From positions 9,351,920-9,390,538 of the forward strand of contig NC_068988.1 in the NCBI RefSeq assembly GCF_001194135.2: a stretch of DNA of 38,619 nt, given 5' to 3'. Both the position numbers and the translations under genes were made by a program. This DNA comes from Octopus bimaculoides. Taxonomy: Eukaryota. Under the pieces are notes generated by a model. The model did not search any database. It saw nothing but the letters and a program-made list of their open reading frames with translations, and was not told the DNA's origin. Numbering within the stretch: position 1 is the first letter of the stretch; each line of letters opens with the position of its first letter. Of this stretch, positions 1 through 10,723 are shown in pieces.

Positions 1-2
1 CT

Positions 3-859
3 TACGAAGTGGTATCAAAATATTCTCGGACTACTTATGTTTAATAAAAAAAATGACCTCTTTACCTAAGTTTTAACACCATCTTCTACGAAATAGTCGC
101 CTTGCGCAACAATAAACCGGTCCCAGCGTTCCTGCCACTTTTGGAATCCAGCCTGGAAGTCGTTTTCCGTAAGCGAGTCGAAGATCTTCTGTGAATCGCT
201 CTGCGTCTCGACAACGGTGTTAAAACGGCGACTTTTTAGCTTTTCATTTTGGGGAGGAGACGGAAGTCTGCAGGTACTAAATCTGGCGAATGGAGCGGCT
301 GCAGGAGTGATGCCATCTTGTTTTGGGCGAGAATTTCACGAGTGAGTAGAACTCGGTGACAGGGTGCATTGTTGTTGTGGAGAATCCAATTCTTTGCGCT
401 CCATAGTTCCGGTCGCTTTCTCCCTCAAAACACTTCAAAATGTCGCAGTAGAACTCTCGAGTGATGGTCTGGCCCTGGCGGACGAATTCTCGATGCACAA
501 TACCAAATTTCTGGGAGTGATGCTCGTGACAGTTCTTCCAAGTCGCTCATCGTCTTCCAGCGATGTTCTTCTTCTTTTGAAACGCCTGTGCCACTCGAAA
601 CATCGCATACAGTCCACTGCATCGTCGCCGTTAGCTTGCCGAGCATGCTCAATGTCTCTGTAAGTAGACTTCCCAAGTATAACGGAAAATTTTACGCTGA
701 ATCTTTGTTCCTATCCATAACAAAATCACAGACTGCAGCATACGCTCGGCACACTACCTCATGAAAATCACTGCTAGCTCTCACTACGCACGAAACCATG
801 TGCTGTCATCTGTTGGAGTGCTACAGAACGAATCAAGGAACATTTTGATATCACCTCTA
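3..859 (-). mobile_element. Internally deleted, non-autonomous mariner DNA transposon with both degenerate TIRs
   Basis: The left end TACGAAGTGGTATCAAAATATTCTCGGA resembles the reverse complement of the right end (TAGAGGTGATATCAAAATGTTCCTTGA, 830-859). There is TA at both ends and transposase remnants lie inside. Confidence 0.85.
66..718 (-). pseudogene. Mariner transposase pseudogene (frameshifts plus large internal deletion)
   Basis: Minus-strand pieces read CFEWHRRFKRRRTSLEDDER (HTH region), then directly HREFVRQGQTITREFYCDIL, and C-terminal ENDFQAGFQKWQERWDRFIVAQGDYF ending at TAG 68-66. The second HTH and first catalytic Asp region are absent. Confidence 0.85.
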
Positions 860-995
860 TGTCGTTATTTGACTACCACATGATATATTACAGTGCGGTA
901 CATTCCAGGGATAAGATACACATGCGGAACTCATCTTTACATAAGATTAATACACGAATAATATAACACACAGATGATAGATATCAGGTTTTAAT

Positions 996-1274
996 TAGTG
1001 GGTCACAACATTTATTTCTGCGCCACACGCTGGCTGTTGTATTCTTCTGGATAGTCTGGGTAAACGAGTGAAAAGAATCCAAATAGAATTAATCGAACTC
1101 CGCCCTGACTAAACGTCTACACACGGCTGTTGCTGAACAGTTTTTAACTATATAATAATTAGAAAGAATCTTCTATTCGGTATTATAGAGAATGTTCTTC
1201 TATAATGGTTTTGAATATAAATTCAGAAACTTAAAACTAGTGTGAGGCGCAGAAACAAATGTTGTGATTCACTA
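996..1274. mobile_element. MITE of about 280 bp with about 30-bp TIRs, Tc1/mariner-like
   Basis: TAGTGGGTCACAACATTTATTTCTGCGCCACAC (996-1028) matches the reverse complement of 1240-1274 (TAGTGAATCACAACATTTGTTTCTGCGCCTCACAC). TA termini, no internal ORF. Confidence 0.75.
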
Positions 1275-1302
1275 TTAAAGCCTGTTATTCTCCATCCCCG
1301 TG

Positions 1303-1303
<1 letters not shown>

Positions 1304-1353
<50 letters not shown>
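1304..1353. repeat. (TA)n microsatellite
   Basis: Direct reading. Confidence 0.95.
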
Positions 1354-1354
<1 letters not shown>

Positions 1355-1474
1355 AATATCTTCTTTTACTTTTTTCAGTCATTTGACTGCGGCCATTCAC
1401 ACTTACTCCTTTCCTTCAAGAAATTCAATTGTACCAACCGCGTAGTTTCGATTTCACTTCAGCATGCCGTTAAT

Positions 1475-1610
1475 CCTTTCTATGATATGCACAAGGCCTG
1501 AAATTTTGGGAAGAGACTAGTCGATTACATTAACCCCAGTGCACAACTGGTACTTAATTTATCGACCCCGAAAGGATGAAAGGTAAAGTCGACCTCGGGA
1601 GAATTTGAAC
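1475..1610 (-). mobile_element. 5'-truncated tRNA-derived SINE (type A here) with about 21-bp target-site duplication
   Basis: The reverse complement gives GTTCAAATTCTCCCGAGGTCGACTTTACCTTTCATCCTTTCGGGGTCGATAAATTAAGTACCAG, shared with copies at 12735 and 36430. Flanked by TCACTTCAGCATGCCGTTAAT (1454-1474) and TCACTTCAGTATGTCGTTAAT (1611-1631). Confidence 0.85.
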
Positions 1611-2192
1611 TCACTTCAGTATGTCGTTAATACCATTAAGCAAAGCATGAACATCACTGCATTACATCATTGTATGTATATATATAACCAAAGAGAAAAA
1701 TGCTAACAGACCCATTGATATAGAAAAAACAAAAACAAAATACTTACCTTACAGTTTCGATATTAATATCGTTAAACAATGAATGAACATCACAACATTA
1801 CATTAATTGTGAAATAAATAAAATAAATTACATTATTGATTACGTATAGTCAAAAAGAAAATGATAGTAACAGCCTCTTCATTCAAACCACACAAAAACA
1901 ATTTGGACCAACCTTAATAATATCAAGTAGAGCATGAACGTCACAGCATGGCCTAACCACTGAAATCAATTAAATTAATTACGTCATTGATTATGTATAG
2001 GCAGATTATGTATAGAGAAATATGTATGATTATGTGTAGCGAAAAATATATATAATAACAGGAAATAGCGACTTTGAAGACTACGTTTAATTTGTCTCGT
2101 TTGTGTTGAAATGTGTGATGTTTATTCGTGTATTATTTTGTTGTTACAAAAGATCGATATCAACAAACATAACAATAATTGTTGTTGTGCAG

Positions 2193-2270
2193 GCTATGTT
2201 GCTCAGATTTTCGCTTTGTAAGCAAGTAGTACCAGGACCGAGGTACGACAACCTGGGAAAATGTTTTCGG
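2193..2270 (+). other. Candidate 78-bp internal exon (AMLLRFSLCKQVVPGPRYDNLGKCFR in phase 0), gene unknown
   Basis: Acceptor TTGTTGTTGTGCAG, donor CGG|GTAAGT, length divisible by 3, only one open frame. No homology recognised. Confidence 0.4.
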
Positions 2271-2382
2271 GTAAGTATGCTCTTGGTTTGACCAATTCCT
2301 CCGAAACTTAATTTTTGTTTTGAAAAAACAGTTCAGAACCTCGTCGTATATCTATGTATGTATATTTTTTTAATTCATGTAT

Positions 2383-2573
2383 TTGTTTCAGTCATTTGAC
2401 TGCGGCCATGCTGGAGCACCGCCTTTTTTAGTCGAGCAAATCGACCCCAGGACTTATTCTTTGTAAGCCTAGTACTTATTCTATCGGTTTCTCTTGCCGA
2501 ACAGCTAAGTGACGGGGACGTAAACACACCAGCATCGGTTGTCAAGCGATGTTGGGGGGGACAAACACAGATA
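2383..2573 (-). mobile_element. 3' half of an abundant octopus-type SINE (type B here)
   Basis: TTTCAGTCATTTGACTGCGGCCATGCTGGAGCACCGCC...GTCAAGCGATGTTGGGGGGGACAAACACAG. The same terminus recurs at about 1371-1396, 11637-11675 and 22161-22250. Confidence 0.85.
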
Positions 2574-2687
2574 NNNNNNNNNNNNNNNNNNNNNNNNNNN
2601 NNNNNNNNNNNNNNNNNNNNNNNNNNNNNNNNNNNNNNNNNNNNNNNNNNNNNNNNNNNNNNNNNNNNNNNNNNNNNNNNNNNNNNN

Positions 2688-2727
<40 letters not shown>

Positions 2728-2929
2728 TGTGTATCTGTGTTTGTCCCCCCAACAAATATAGCTGATATTCCTGTTGCTACTACCGCAAGCTACTCCAGCT
2801 GCGGCAACAACTGAAAGTCTCTCCTACTGCTGTTGCTATTGGTCCCACGACCCAGTAGCAGTTAGAAGGAAACGAAATACCAATGCCATGTGATTTTTGT
2901 AAGAAAAATATGTGACTTCTAGAACTGAT

Positions 2930-3950
2930 ACCATGAAAGATGAATTTATTGGTTGGTATTTGTTTATGAAGTTTGTTTCTTCGTTGACGCGTTACTGCTA
3001 AATTGTATAATTGCTGCACTGATATAAAGGGGGAAAATCGTAAAATTTACTTGTTTGTTTCCTGCACATGTATCTACATGTCACAAAGTCCTATTTGTTT
3101 GTATTGCCGTATTTTAATTTGAGATCTATGTAAATGTGTTGTCTTAAGGAGCTTATGGATTGTGCGATGTAATTTTTTCCCACTTTCTAAACGTATTTGC
3201 ACAGAGTAGGTTTTCAGATGAACAGATTAAGTTATATTATATTGTAAAATGTTCCCGTGTTTGAAAATGCATTACTGATACTTGTGTCAAATTAAAACAT
3301 ACAACAGTAGGCTTTCTGCATTTTGTTTTACTGTTGGTTTTGTTATTATTGTATGGATTTTTGCCTGTTAGTATTTTAAAATTGATTTGGATTGTCTTTT
3401 GTTCTTTATGATGGTATGTATTTGCGGGATTTCGTTCAAGCTGAGTTCCTTTTACAGTGACGGAATGTTTTGAACTACGATGTTGTAGGCCTTATTGCCT
3501 GGGGGGATTGTAGGCGGAGGACTTGCAGTTGTTTGGGGGGGGGTTGTAGGCGGAGGACTTGCAGTTGTTTGGGGGGATTGTAGGTGGAGGACTTGCAATT
3601 CCTTTGTTTTGTTTGTCTTAGTTTTTGGATATTGAATTTCTTGGCTCGTTGTATTATCGAATAAGGATGGTCGTAATTCCTGCCAAGGAGTGTATTCTTC
3701 AGTTCTTGGAGTTTTGCATCACGTATATCTATATCGGATACTATAGTTCAAGTCCTTTGGGTTAGATTATAAGTGACATTCATTCTGCTGTGCTTCGGAT
3801 GAATGGCAAACATTGTTTGGAGTCTGTAGATTTATTCTAAATGCCCGTCTCTGTTTAGTTGAGACGGGCATTCTTTGTAAGGATGTCTAAAAATGGGAGT
3901 TGGTTATGGCCATATTCCATGGTTATTTGTCGTCATCGGCATTAACTCAT
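2930..3950 (-). mobile_element. Degenerate Penelope-like retroelement: RT thumb, linker and GIY-YIG endonuclease
   Basis: Frameshifted minus-strand peptides: TMEYGHNQLPFLDIL...STDSKQCLPF, HPKHSRMNVTYNL, IVSDIDIRDAKLQELKNTLLGRNY, YNLICSSENLL, NYIAQSISSLRQH, HRSQIKIRQYKQIGLC, HVDTCAGNKQVNFTIFPF. The order and motifs match PLE RT plus GIY-YIG. Confidence 0.8.
3501..3600. repeat. About 34-bp G-rich minisatellite x3 inside the PLE relic
   Basis: GGGGGGATTGTAGGCGGAGGACTTGCAGTTGTTT starts at 3501, 3535 and 3571. Confidence 0.9.
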
Positions 3951-4145
3951 ATCCGGGTAGTTAATCTATAGCAAATGATTGGCCCTCTTCGCCCGCATGT
4001 GTGCGAAGGGTGACGGTGCTTGAAGTGGCTATTGAGTCAAAGGGCGGTAGAGAAAAGCCGCCGGCATTTATCACAGGGGAAGACTGGCGGGGGACGAGGA
4101 AATGCGTATTCCATTGAGAAATGTTGTCTCTCTCCTTTCGAATCG

Positions 4146-4234
4146 ATACTAGAAAACATTTGCTTAAGGTGCCGCACAGTAGGACTGAACCCGGAACCAC
4201 GAGGTTGTAAAACGAGCTTTCTTAACCACGTAGC
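4146..4234 (-). mobile_element. tRNA-related head and CORE-like start of a type B SINE
   Basis: AAGGTGCCGCACAGTAGGACTGAACCCGGAACCAC is the reverse complement of the head seen on + at 22356-22484. Confidence 0.7.
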
Positions 4235-4455
4235 AAAACAATTCCCAATTACAATGAACAATTTTCCACTTACGACTGCCACCCCTTAAGGGAGGGGAGA
4301 GATAATTTCAAGAGATTATATATTCATTTCACAAAATTAATATACATACCCAACTTTAATTAAGAAACGAAAAAACAAGCAAACAATACGTCGTAAAAAA
4401 CAACAGCAACAGTAAAACAAAAACGGAACAAGAAGTATGTTTATAGATTTTGCAG

Positions 4456-4458
4456 AAC

Positions 4459-4496
<38 letters not shown>

Positions 4497-4529
4497 CAAC
4501 AACAACAACAACAATAATAATAATGATAA

Positions 4530-4602
<73 letters not shown>

Positions 4603-4911
4603 TAATAATAATAATAATGATAATAATAGTAATAATAATGATAATAATAATAATGATGATGATGATTTTAAGTTTCAGGTAAAACCGACCACCACCAACA
4701 GCAACAACAACAACATGAATATTCATAAACAATGCGATAACTGTTGCCAAGGAATATATACGTATATAGGAAAATTAGATCGATAATAAAAATAGTAATT
4801 TTAGATAAAATTATTTTCTGCATTATCGAAAATTATCGATAATCAACTCAATTAATAGAATCCATTCTTTCACTTTTCCTGGTTTTCGTTTTTACCACCA
4901 CAACCACCACC

Positions 4912-4962
<51 letters not shown>

Positions 4963-5146
4963 GCTACTACTACTACTACTGCTACTACTACTACTACTAC
5001 TACTACTAATACTACTCCTGCTACTGCTGCTGCTGCTGCCGCTGCTGCTGGTACAACTGCAAACTAGTACTACTACCATAGTACTACTACCATAGTACTA
5101 CTACTAATACAACTGCAGCTACTACTACTACTACTACTACTACTAC

Positions 5147-5179
<33 letters not shown>

Positions 5180-5282
5180 ATCTACTGTTACCACTACCAT
5201 CACCACCGCCACCACAACAACTACTGCTGCTGCTGCTACTACCACTACTGCTGCTACTACTACTACTACTTCTGCTACTACT
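4456..5282. repeat. Compound trinucleotide microsatellites (AAT/AAC/GAT, then CAC/TAC/TGC)n
   Basis: Direct reading: two blocks (about 4456-4735 and 4895-5282) ending at an assembly gap. Confidence 0.95.
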
Positions 5283-5973
5283 NNNNNNNNNNNNNNNNNN
5301 NNNNNNNNNNNNNNNNNNNNNNNNNNNNNNNNNNNNNNNNNNNNNNNNNNNNNNNNNNNNNNNNNNNNNNNNNNNNNNNNNNNNNNNNNNNNNNNNNNNN
5401 NNNNNNNNNNNNNNNNNNNNNNNNNNNNNNNNNNNNNNNNNNNNNNNNNNNNNNNNNNNNNNNNNNNNNNNNNNNNNNNNNNNNNNNNNNNNNNNNNNNN
5501 NNNNNNNNNNNNNNNNNNNNNNNNNNNNNNNNNNNNNNNNNNNNNNNNNNNNNNNNNNNNNNNNNNNNNNNNNNNNNNNNNNNNNNNNNNNNNNNNNNNN
5601 NNNNNNNNNNNNNNNNNNNNNNNNNNNNNNNNNNNNNNNNNNNNNNNNNNNNNNNNNNNNNNNNNNNNNNNNNNNNNNNNNNNNNNNNNNNNNNNNNNNN
5701 NNNNNNNNNNNNNNNNNNNNNNNNNNNNNNNNNNNNNNNNNCCCACTCACACATGCGTTCCTTTACTTACACAACAATATTAAACTGACAGTTTCCTCCT
5801 CCCTTGTAGTCTCATCAACGTTGTAGTAAAGGCAATGAAACTAAATAGACGTTCGAGGGAAAATTTGATTATTGTAATAATGTTTTTTTAGTTGTTGTTA
5901 TTGTGAGTGTTTTTCTGTTTTTCTGAAGAAAATATATGTAAATATGTATGCAGTGTGCATATGATTGCGTGAG

Positions 5974-5974
<1 letters not shown>

Positions 5975-6004
<30 letters not shown>

Positions 6005-6205
6005 AGCTGTGTGTGTCTGTGTGTATGTGTGTGTACAGTGTGTGTATGTATTTATATATATATACATAGTCTATAAATGTATAAAAATATAAATATAGAC
6101 GTGTATATATATATATATATCTTGATGTATGTATGAGTGCGTGTGTGTGTATACATATGTATGTATATATATGTATATTTGTATGTACAAATTTGTATAT
6201 TAATG

Positions 6206-6236
<31 letters not shown>

Positions 6237-6285
6237 ACATATATCTGTGTATATATATATATGTGTGTGTGTGTTTCTGTATATT

Positions 6286-6323
<38 letters not shown>

Positions 6324-6327
6324 TGTA

Positions 6328-6391
<64 letters not shown>

Positions 6392-6471
6392 TCAATAATA
6401 ATAATAATAAAGGTAATAATAATAATAATGATAATGATATATGTGTGTGTACATATATATATGTGCACATG

Positions 6472-6548
<77 letters not shown>

Positions 6549-6600
6549 TAATAATAATAATCACAACAACAACAACAACAATAATAATAATAATTTTATG
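5975..6600. repeat. Mixed (TA)n/(TG)n and (AAT)n simple-repeat region
   Basis: Direct reading. Confidence 0.95.
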
Positions 6601-6907
6601 CATGTATTTATGTATGTATTATCCGATTCTTCGGCAATGTTTTAATCTTGAACATGGATCGAAGTCTCTGCAGTATTAAAGCATGTAAGATGAGTCGAAT
6701 TCATGGTCAATATTGGCAGCGGAATTGGTCAGGCTGACCCACAAGGCGATGTTAGCTTGGTCCACAGATTGTTGGGCCATAGAAACATATATACATACAA
6801 AACATAATGGACTCTTTTGTCGCTTCGACCAATGAGGGCTCAACAAGATACAGCAGCACAGTGAAGGTCGGTGGAAAACGACCATCACCGTCTGTGTATT
6901 GGGTGAA

Positions 6908-6975
6908 AGTAACATCGCCTTCCAGTAACATCGTCTATTCCAGTAACATCACCTATTCCAGTAACATCGCTTTCC
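6908..6975. repeat. 16-18-bp tandem repeat x4 (AGTAACATCGYCTATTCC)
   Basis: Units start at 6908, 6924, 6942 and 6960. Confidence 0.85.
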
Positions 6976-7006
6976 TTTTCCCCGCTGCCTCTTTCCCTAT
7001 TGCCAG

Positions 7007-7104
7007 CTACTGAAAGCATGAAGAATGTGTGATGGTGTTGGTGCCGATATCTTAGTTTGCTGCATAACCTTTACGATGAATATTATAATAGTTGGCATGA
7101 GTCT
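7007..7104 (+). other. Candidate 98-bp exon (UTR, first-coding or non-coding)
   Basis: A long pyrimidine tract ends CCCTATTGCCAG and the donor is TCT|GTGAGT. All three frames contain a stop; an internal ATG gives MCDGVGADILVCCITFTMNIIIVGMS. Confidence 0.3.
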
Positions 7105-7249
7105 GTGAGTAACCTTCTTCAGGAGGTAATTCCATGTCGTGAAAGTTGACCCGTAGTTAGAACACCAACAGGTGCTGCTAGTCCGAATCACATGTGCACC
7201 CTCCCCACACACATATATTCGATGAATACACACATATTCAGAGACGCAC

Positions 7250-7820
7250 CGACGCATGTACATACACGCATGTACATACACGCACACATGTACACATACA
7301 TGCACGCAGGCACACGTACATGTGTGCATCCTCACACAGAACGATATTAAGACATACAAATATTAACGGTGAGCATACATATATTCTCAAACACACTAAT
7401 GCACACATTCTTATACACACACGCACAGACACACACTCACACACACACAGATGCACGCACGCACACACAAATACATGCACAAACTCACACACACTCACAC
7501 ACACACACACACACGCGCACACACACACTCGCACACACGCACACATACACTCACAAACTCACACACAAACTCACACACACACATACATACACACACAAAC
7601 TCTCACACACACATACACAAACGAACACACACGCACAAACTCTCACACACACGCACAAACTCTCACATACACATACATACACACACACACACAAACGCAC
7701 ACATACATACACACACACACGCACAAACTCACACAGATACATACACACAAACACGCACACACAAATTCTCTCACACACATACATACATACACACGCGCAC
7801 AAACTCACACACACGCATAC

Positions 7821-7851
<31 letters not shown>
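7250..7851. repeat. Cryptic (CA)-rich simple repeat with recurring CACAAACTCACAC motif
   Basis: Direct reading. Confidence 0.9.
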
Positions 7852-8224
7852 NNNNNNNNNNNNNNNNNNNNNNNNNNNNNNNNNNNNNNNNNNNNNNNNN
7901 NNNNNNNNNNNNNNNNNNNNNNNNNNNNNNNNNNNNNNNNNNNNNNNNNNNNNNNNNNNNNNNNNNNNNNNNNNNNNNNNNNNNNNNNNNNNNNNNNNNN
8001 NNNNNNNNNNNNNNNNNNNNNNNNNNNNNNNNNNNNNNNNNNNNNNNNNNNNNNNNNNNNNNNNNNNNNNNNNNNNNNNNNNNNNNNNNNNNNNNNNNNN
8101 NNGCGCGGATTCAGTAACAGTTTGGAGTAGAAGAAGGCAGCCATAAGTGGTTCCTGGAGAACCGAGTTGTCTTTGATGTTTTTCATTTGGTGAAGAGCAT
8201 TAATTCATCGGCTGTAACATTCGG

Positions 8225-8717
8225 CCGGAAGTAAGAACATTTAAGATAAGGCAATTAGCCAAGCTTTAATATAGCCTCGATTTAAAAACGTATCAATTGA
8301 TAACTTAAGACGAAAAAAAGAAAGAGGAAAGAAAGTAAAAAGCAAAAGAGGTAAAACGAATAGGGGAAAAATTTCCAGTAAATTATTCCAGTAGTTTGCG
8401 ATCAGGATGATAACGACAATGGCGGCGGATGAATTCTGGCCAGTAGTTGTTTTTTTTGTATGTGTCTGTGTCTGTGTGTGGTTATCTCCATAGTTTTATA
8501 CTTCATAATAAAGAAGAGTCATGCAAAGCGACTAATAAATCAATCCTTGAAGTGTTATGCACCACTAACTACTTCGAGTTTTGCTGAAGTGAACACGACC
8601 AAGAAAAAGAAAAACCACATTGCGTAATAAACCATTGATTTGGTAATATCTAAACTTCTTCTTTTGGCTGTTTTGTGGAGCGTAGGATCAACGAAATAAC
8701 AAATAGTCGCCATTTTG
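8225..8717. promoter_or_regulatory. Possible promoter: ETS motif plus two YY1-like motifs
   Basis: CCGGAAGT at 8225-8232, AATGGCGGCGG at 8418-8428 and CGCCATTTTG at 8708-8717, in non-repetitive sequence that retains CpGs. Confidence 0.3.
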
Positions 8718-9017
8718 GAAAAATTTTAGTGGTATAAAGATTTAATCAGCGAATAAAGTCCACTAAGTTGTTTAAATATCATTTATGTTTTTGATTTCTG
8801 CTTTTTGGTGTCTATTTTGACAATTCTTTATGTGAGACTATTTAAAGATAACTCCATAAGGTGACACATTTGTAAGAAGATACTGCAGAAAATTTAATCA
8901 AGGGCCTACGCGTTTCTACACATCACCGGTCTCACAATGAATAAATATCTGTGGTGTCATTAAACTTGATGATAAAGCGTCTCTGCTTGTCTATCTCTTT
9001 ATCTTCAACTCTTTCTC

Positions 9018-9062
<45 letters not shown>

Positions 9063-9776
9063 NNNNNNNNNNCTGTGTTAAAGTAGAATCTATTGAATTC
9101 CACTGATGAAGACAGGTGGTGTAAACAACAAATGGATGTATTAGTATAATGCTCGGGAATAGATAAAGTCTTTAACGTTTCGAGCCTACGCTCTTTAACA
9201 GAAAGGAACACAGAAAGAAACAAGGAGAGAAATAAGGAGAGAAAAAATATATATATGTGTAGTGGTCAGGGATCTATCATGGCGAATGCCGGACAGAAGT
9301 ATCACACAGGAGAGTTAAGAAAAAGGGGAGATACTCATACACACACATACACACACACACACATATGCATCATATGTGACACACAATCTCAATTTTTTTT
9401 TAACCGCTTAAGTAACTTGGGAATTGTGGAAAGTAAACTTTATATTACTCGGAACTTATGAAACAAGGACTAACTAAAAATCTGAAAACATACATGGATT
9501 TTGAAGACAAACCTTTGACAATGCTTTGGACATGCAAAGGATGAATAGGCTCAATGTTGCCGTCGTATCCACTAAGAGTTTTACCTCACATCCATCCATT
9601 TAACGCTGAAGAAATTCGAAGACATATTTCTTTGTTTCAACGTAAAAAAAAAAAAAAATCGCCAACCTTTCTCTTAGGCATTTCCAAAGCTACTCACAAA
9701 AACTGCACTTTGCAACATAGTTACGCAACACTCTAGTTTCACTCTGTCTGTCTGTTTGTCTGCCAGCCTCCCCCTT

Positions 9777-9807
<31 letters not shown>

Positions 9808-10454
9808 ATCTCTGGAAGTCATTACACAAAATATCTACTTTTTTACTTCCTTTTTCTATAAATGTTACATTTATCTTCCTAGCCTCGTACCATTTCCATT
9901 AGGAAGAGTAAGTATTTCGAACCATTTTTTTTTTTCATTTTATGTTTACAAATTTAATTTCTGCTAAATGCATTCTCTTTCAACTCCTTTTACCCCAATT
10001 AGCTTATGTCATTTGGTTGATAACGAGTGATTTTGCTAGTTTCTTCCAGAAGCAGCTTTTATATAATAAGGAACAGCAAATGTTATTAGAATTCCTACAA
10101 TAGGCTTTTTTTTTCCTTTTCCTTTCTTTCTTATTTTCTTCTTATCATTGAATCACATCATCAATAGATGTTTCTCCATTTTTATTGCATTTTGCCTTTT
10201 GCTGTTTGAAACTCTGCCTAGCTTCATACAAGAAATGCTATGTCAATCAAAGTAAGAACTTTTCTCTCCGATCGTTCCACGCCCGGTTAATATTCTAGCG
10301 ATGCCATCGAAAAAGAAGTACATTAGGAAAAAATATCTTTCATCACCTGAAGAGCTTTCCAAAAGTATTTCTCTGTATCCTGCGTCTATCTGTTTGTGCG
10401 TTTTTAATGTCTGAGTACTTGCATGTACATGTGCATGCGATGGTCGTTCTCAAA

Positions 10455-10494
<40 letters not shown>

Positions 10495-10669
10495 GTATAG
10501 ATATGTTTGTGTTGGACCATATTAGTGTCTGTGATTTTAGTAAACAATATAATGTTGTTTTTCAGAGATATTTTATGTACAAACATGTGTACAATTGAAT
10601 GGGAAACTATAATGTGTGAATGTCAATCTATGAATCTTTACGCACACGCACGCACGCACGCACGCACGC

Positions 10670-10723
<54 letters not shown>

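Noticed and set aside
7007-7030. In-frame TGA as possible selenocysteine
   Set aside because: No SECIS or selenoprotein motif is recognisable; an ordinary stop is the simpler reading.
8900-8940. GAAACGCGUA minimal-hammerhead-like motif on the minus strand
   Set aside because: There is no recognisable CUGANGA and neither stem I nor stem II pairs.
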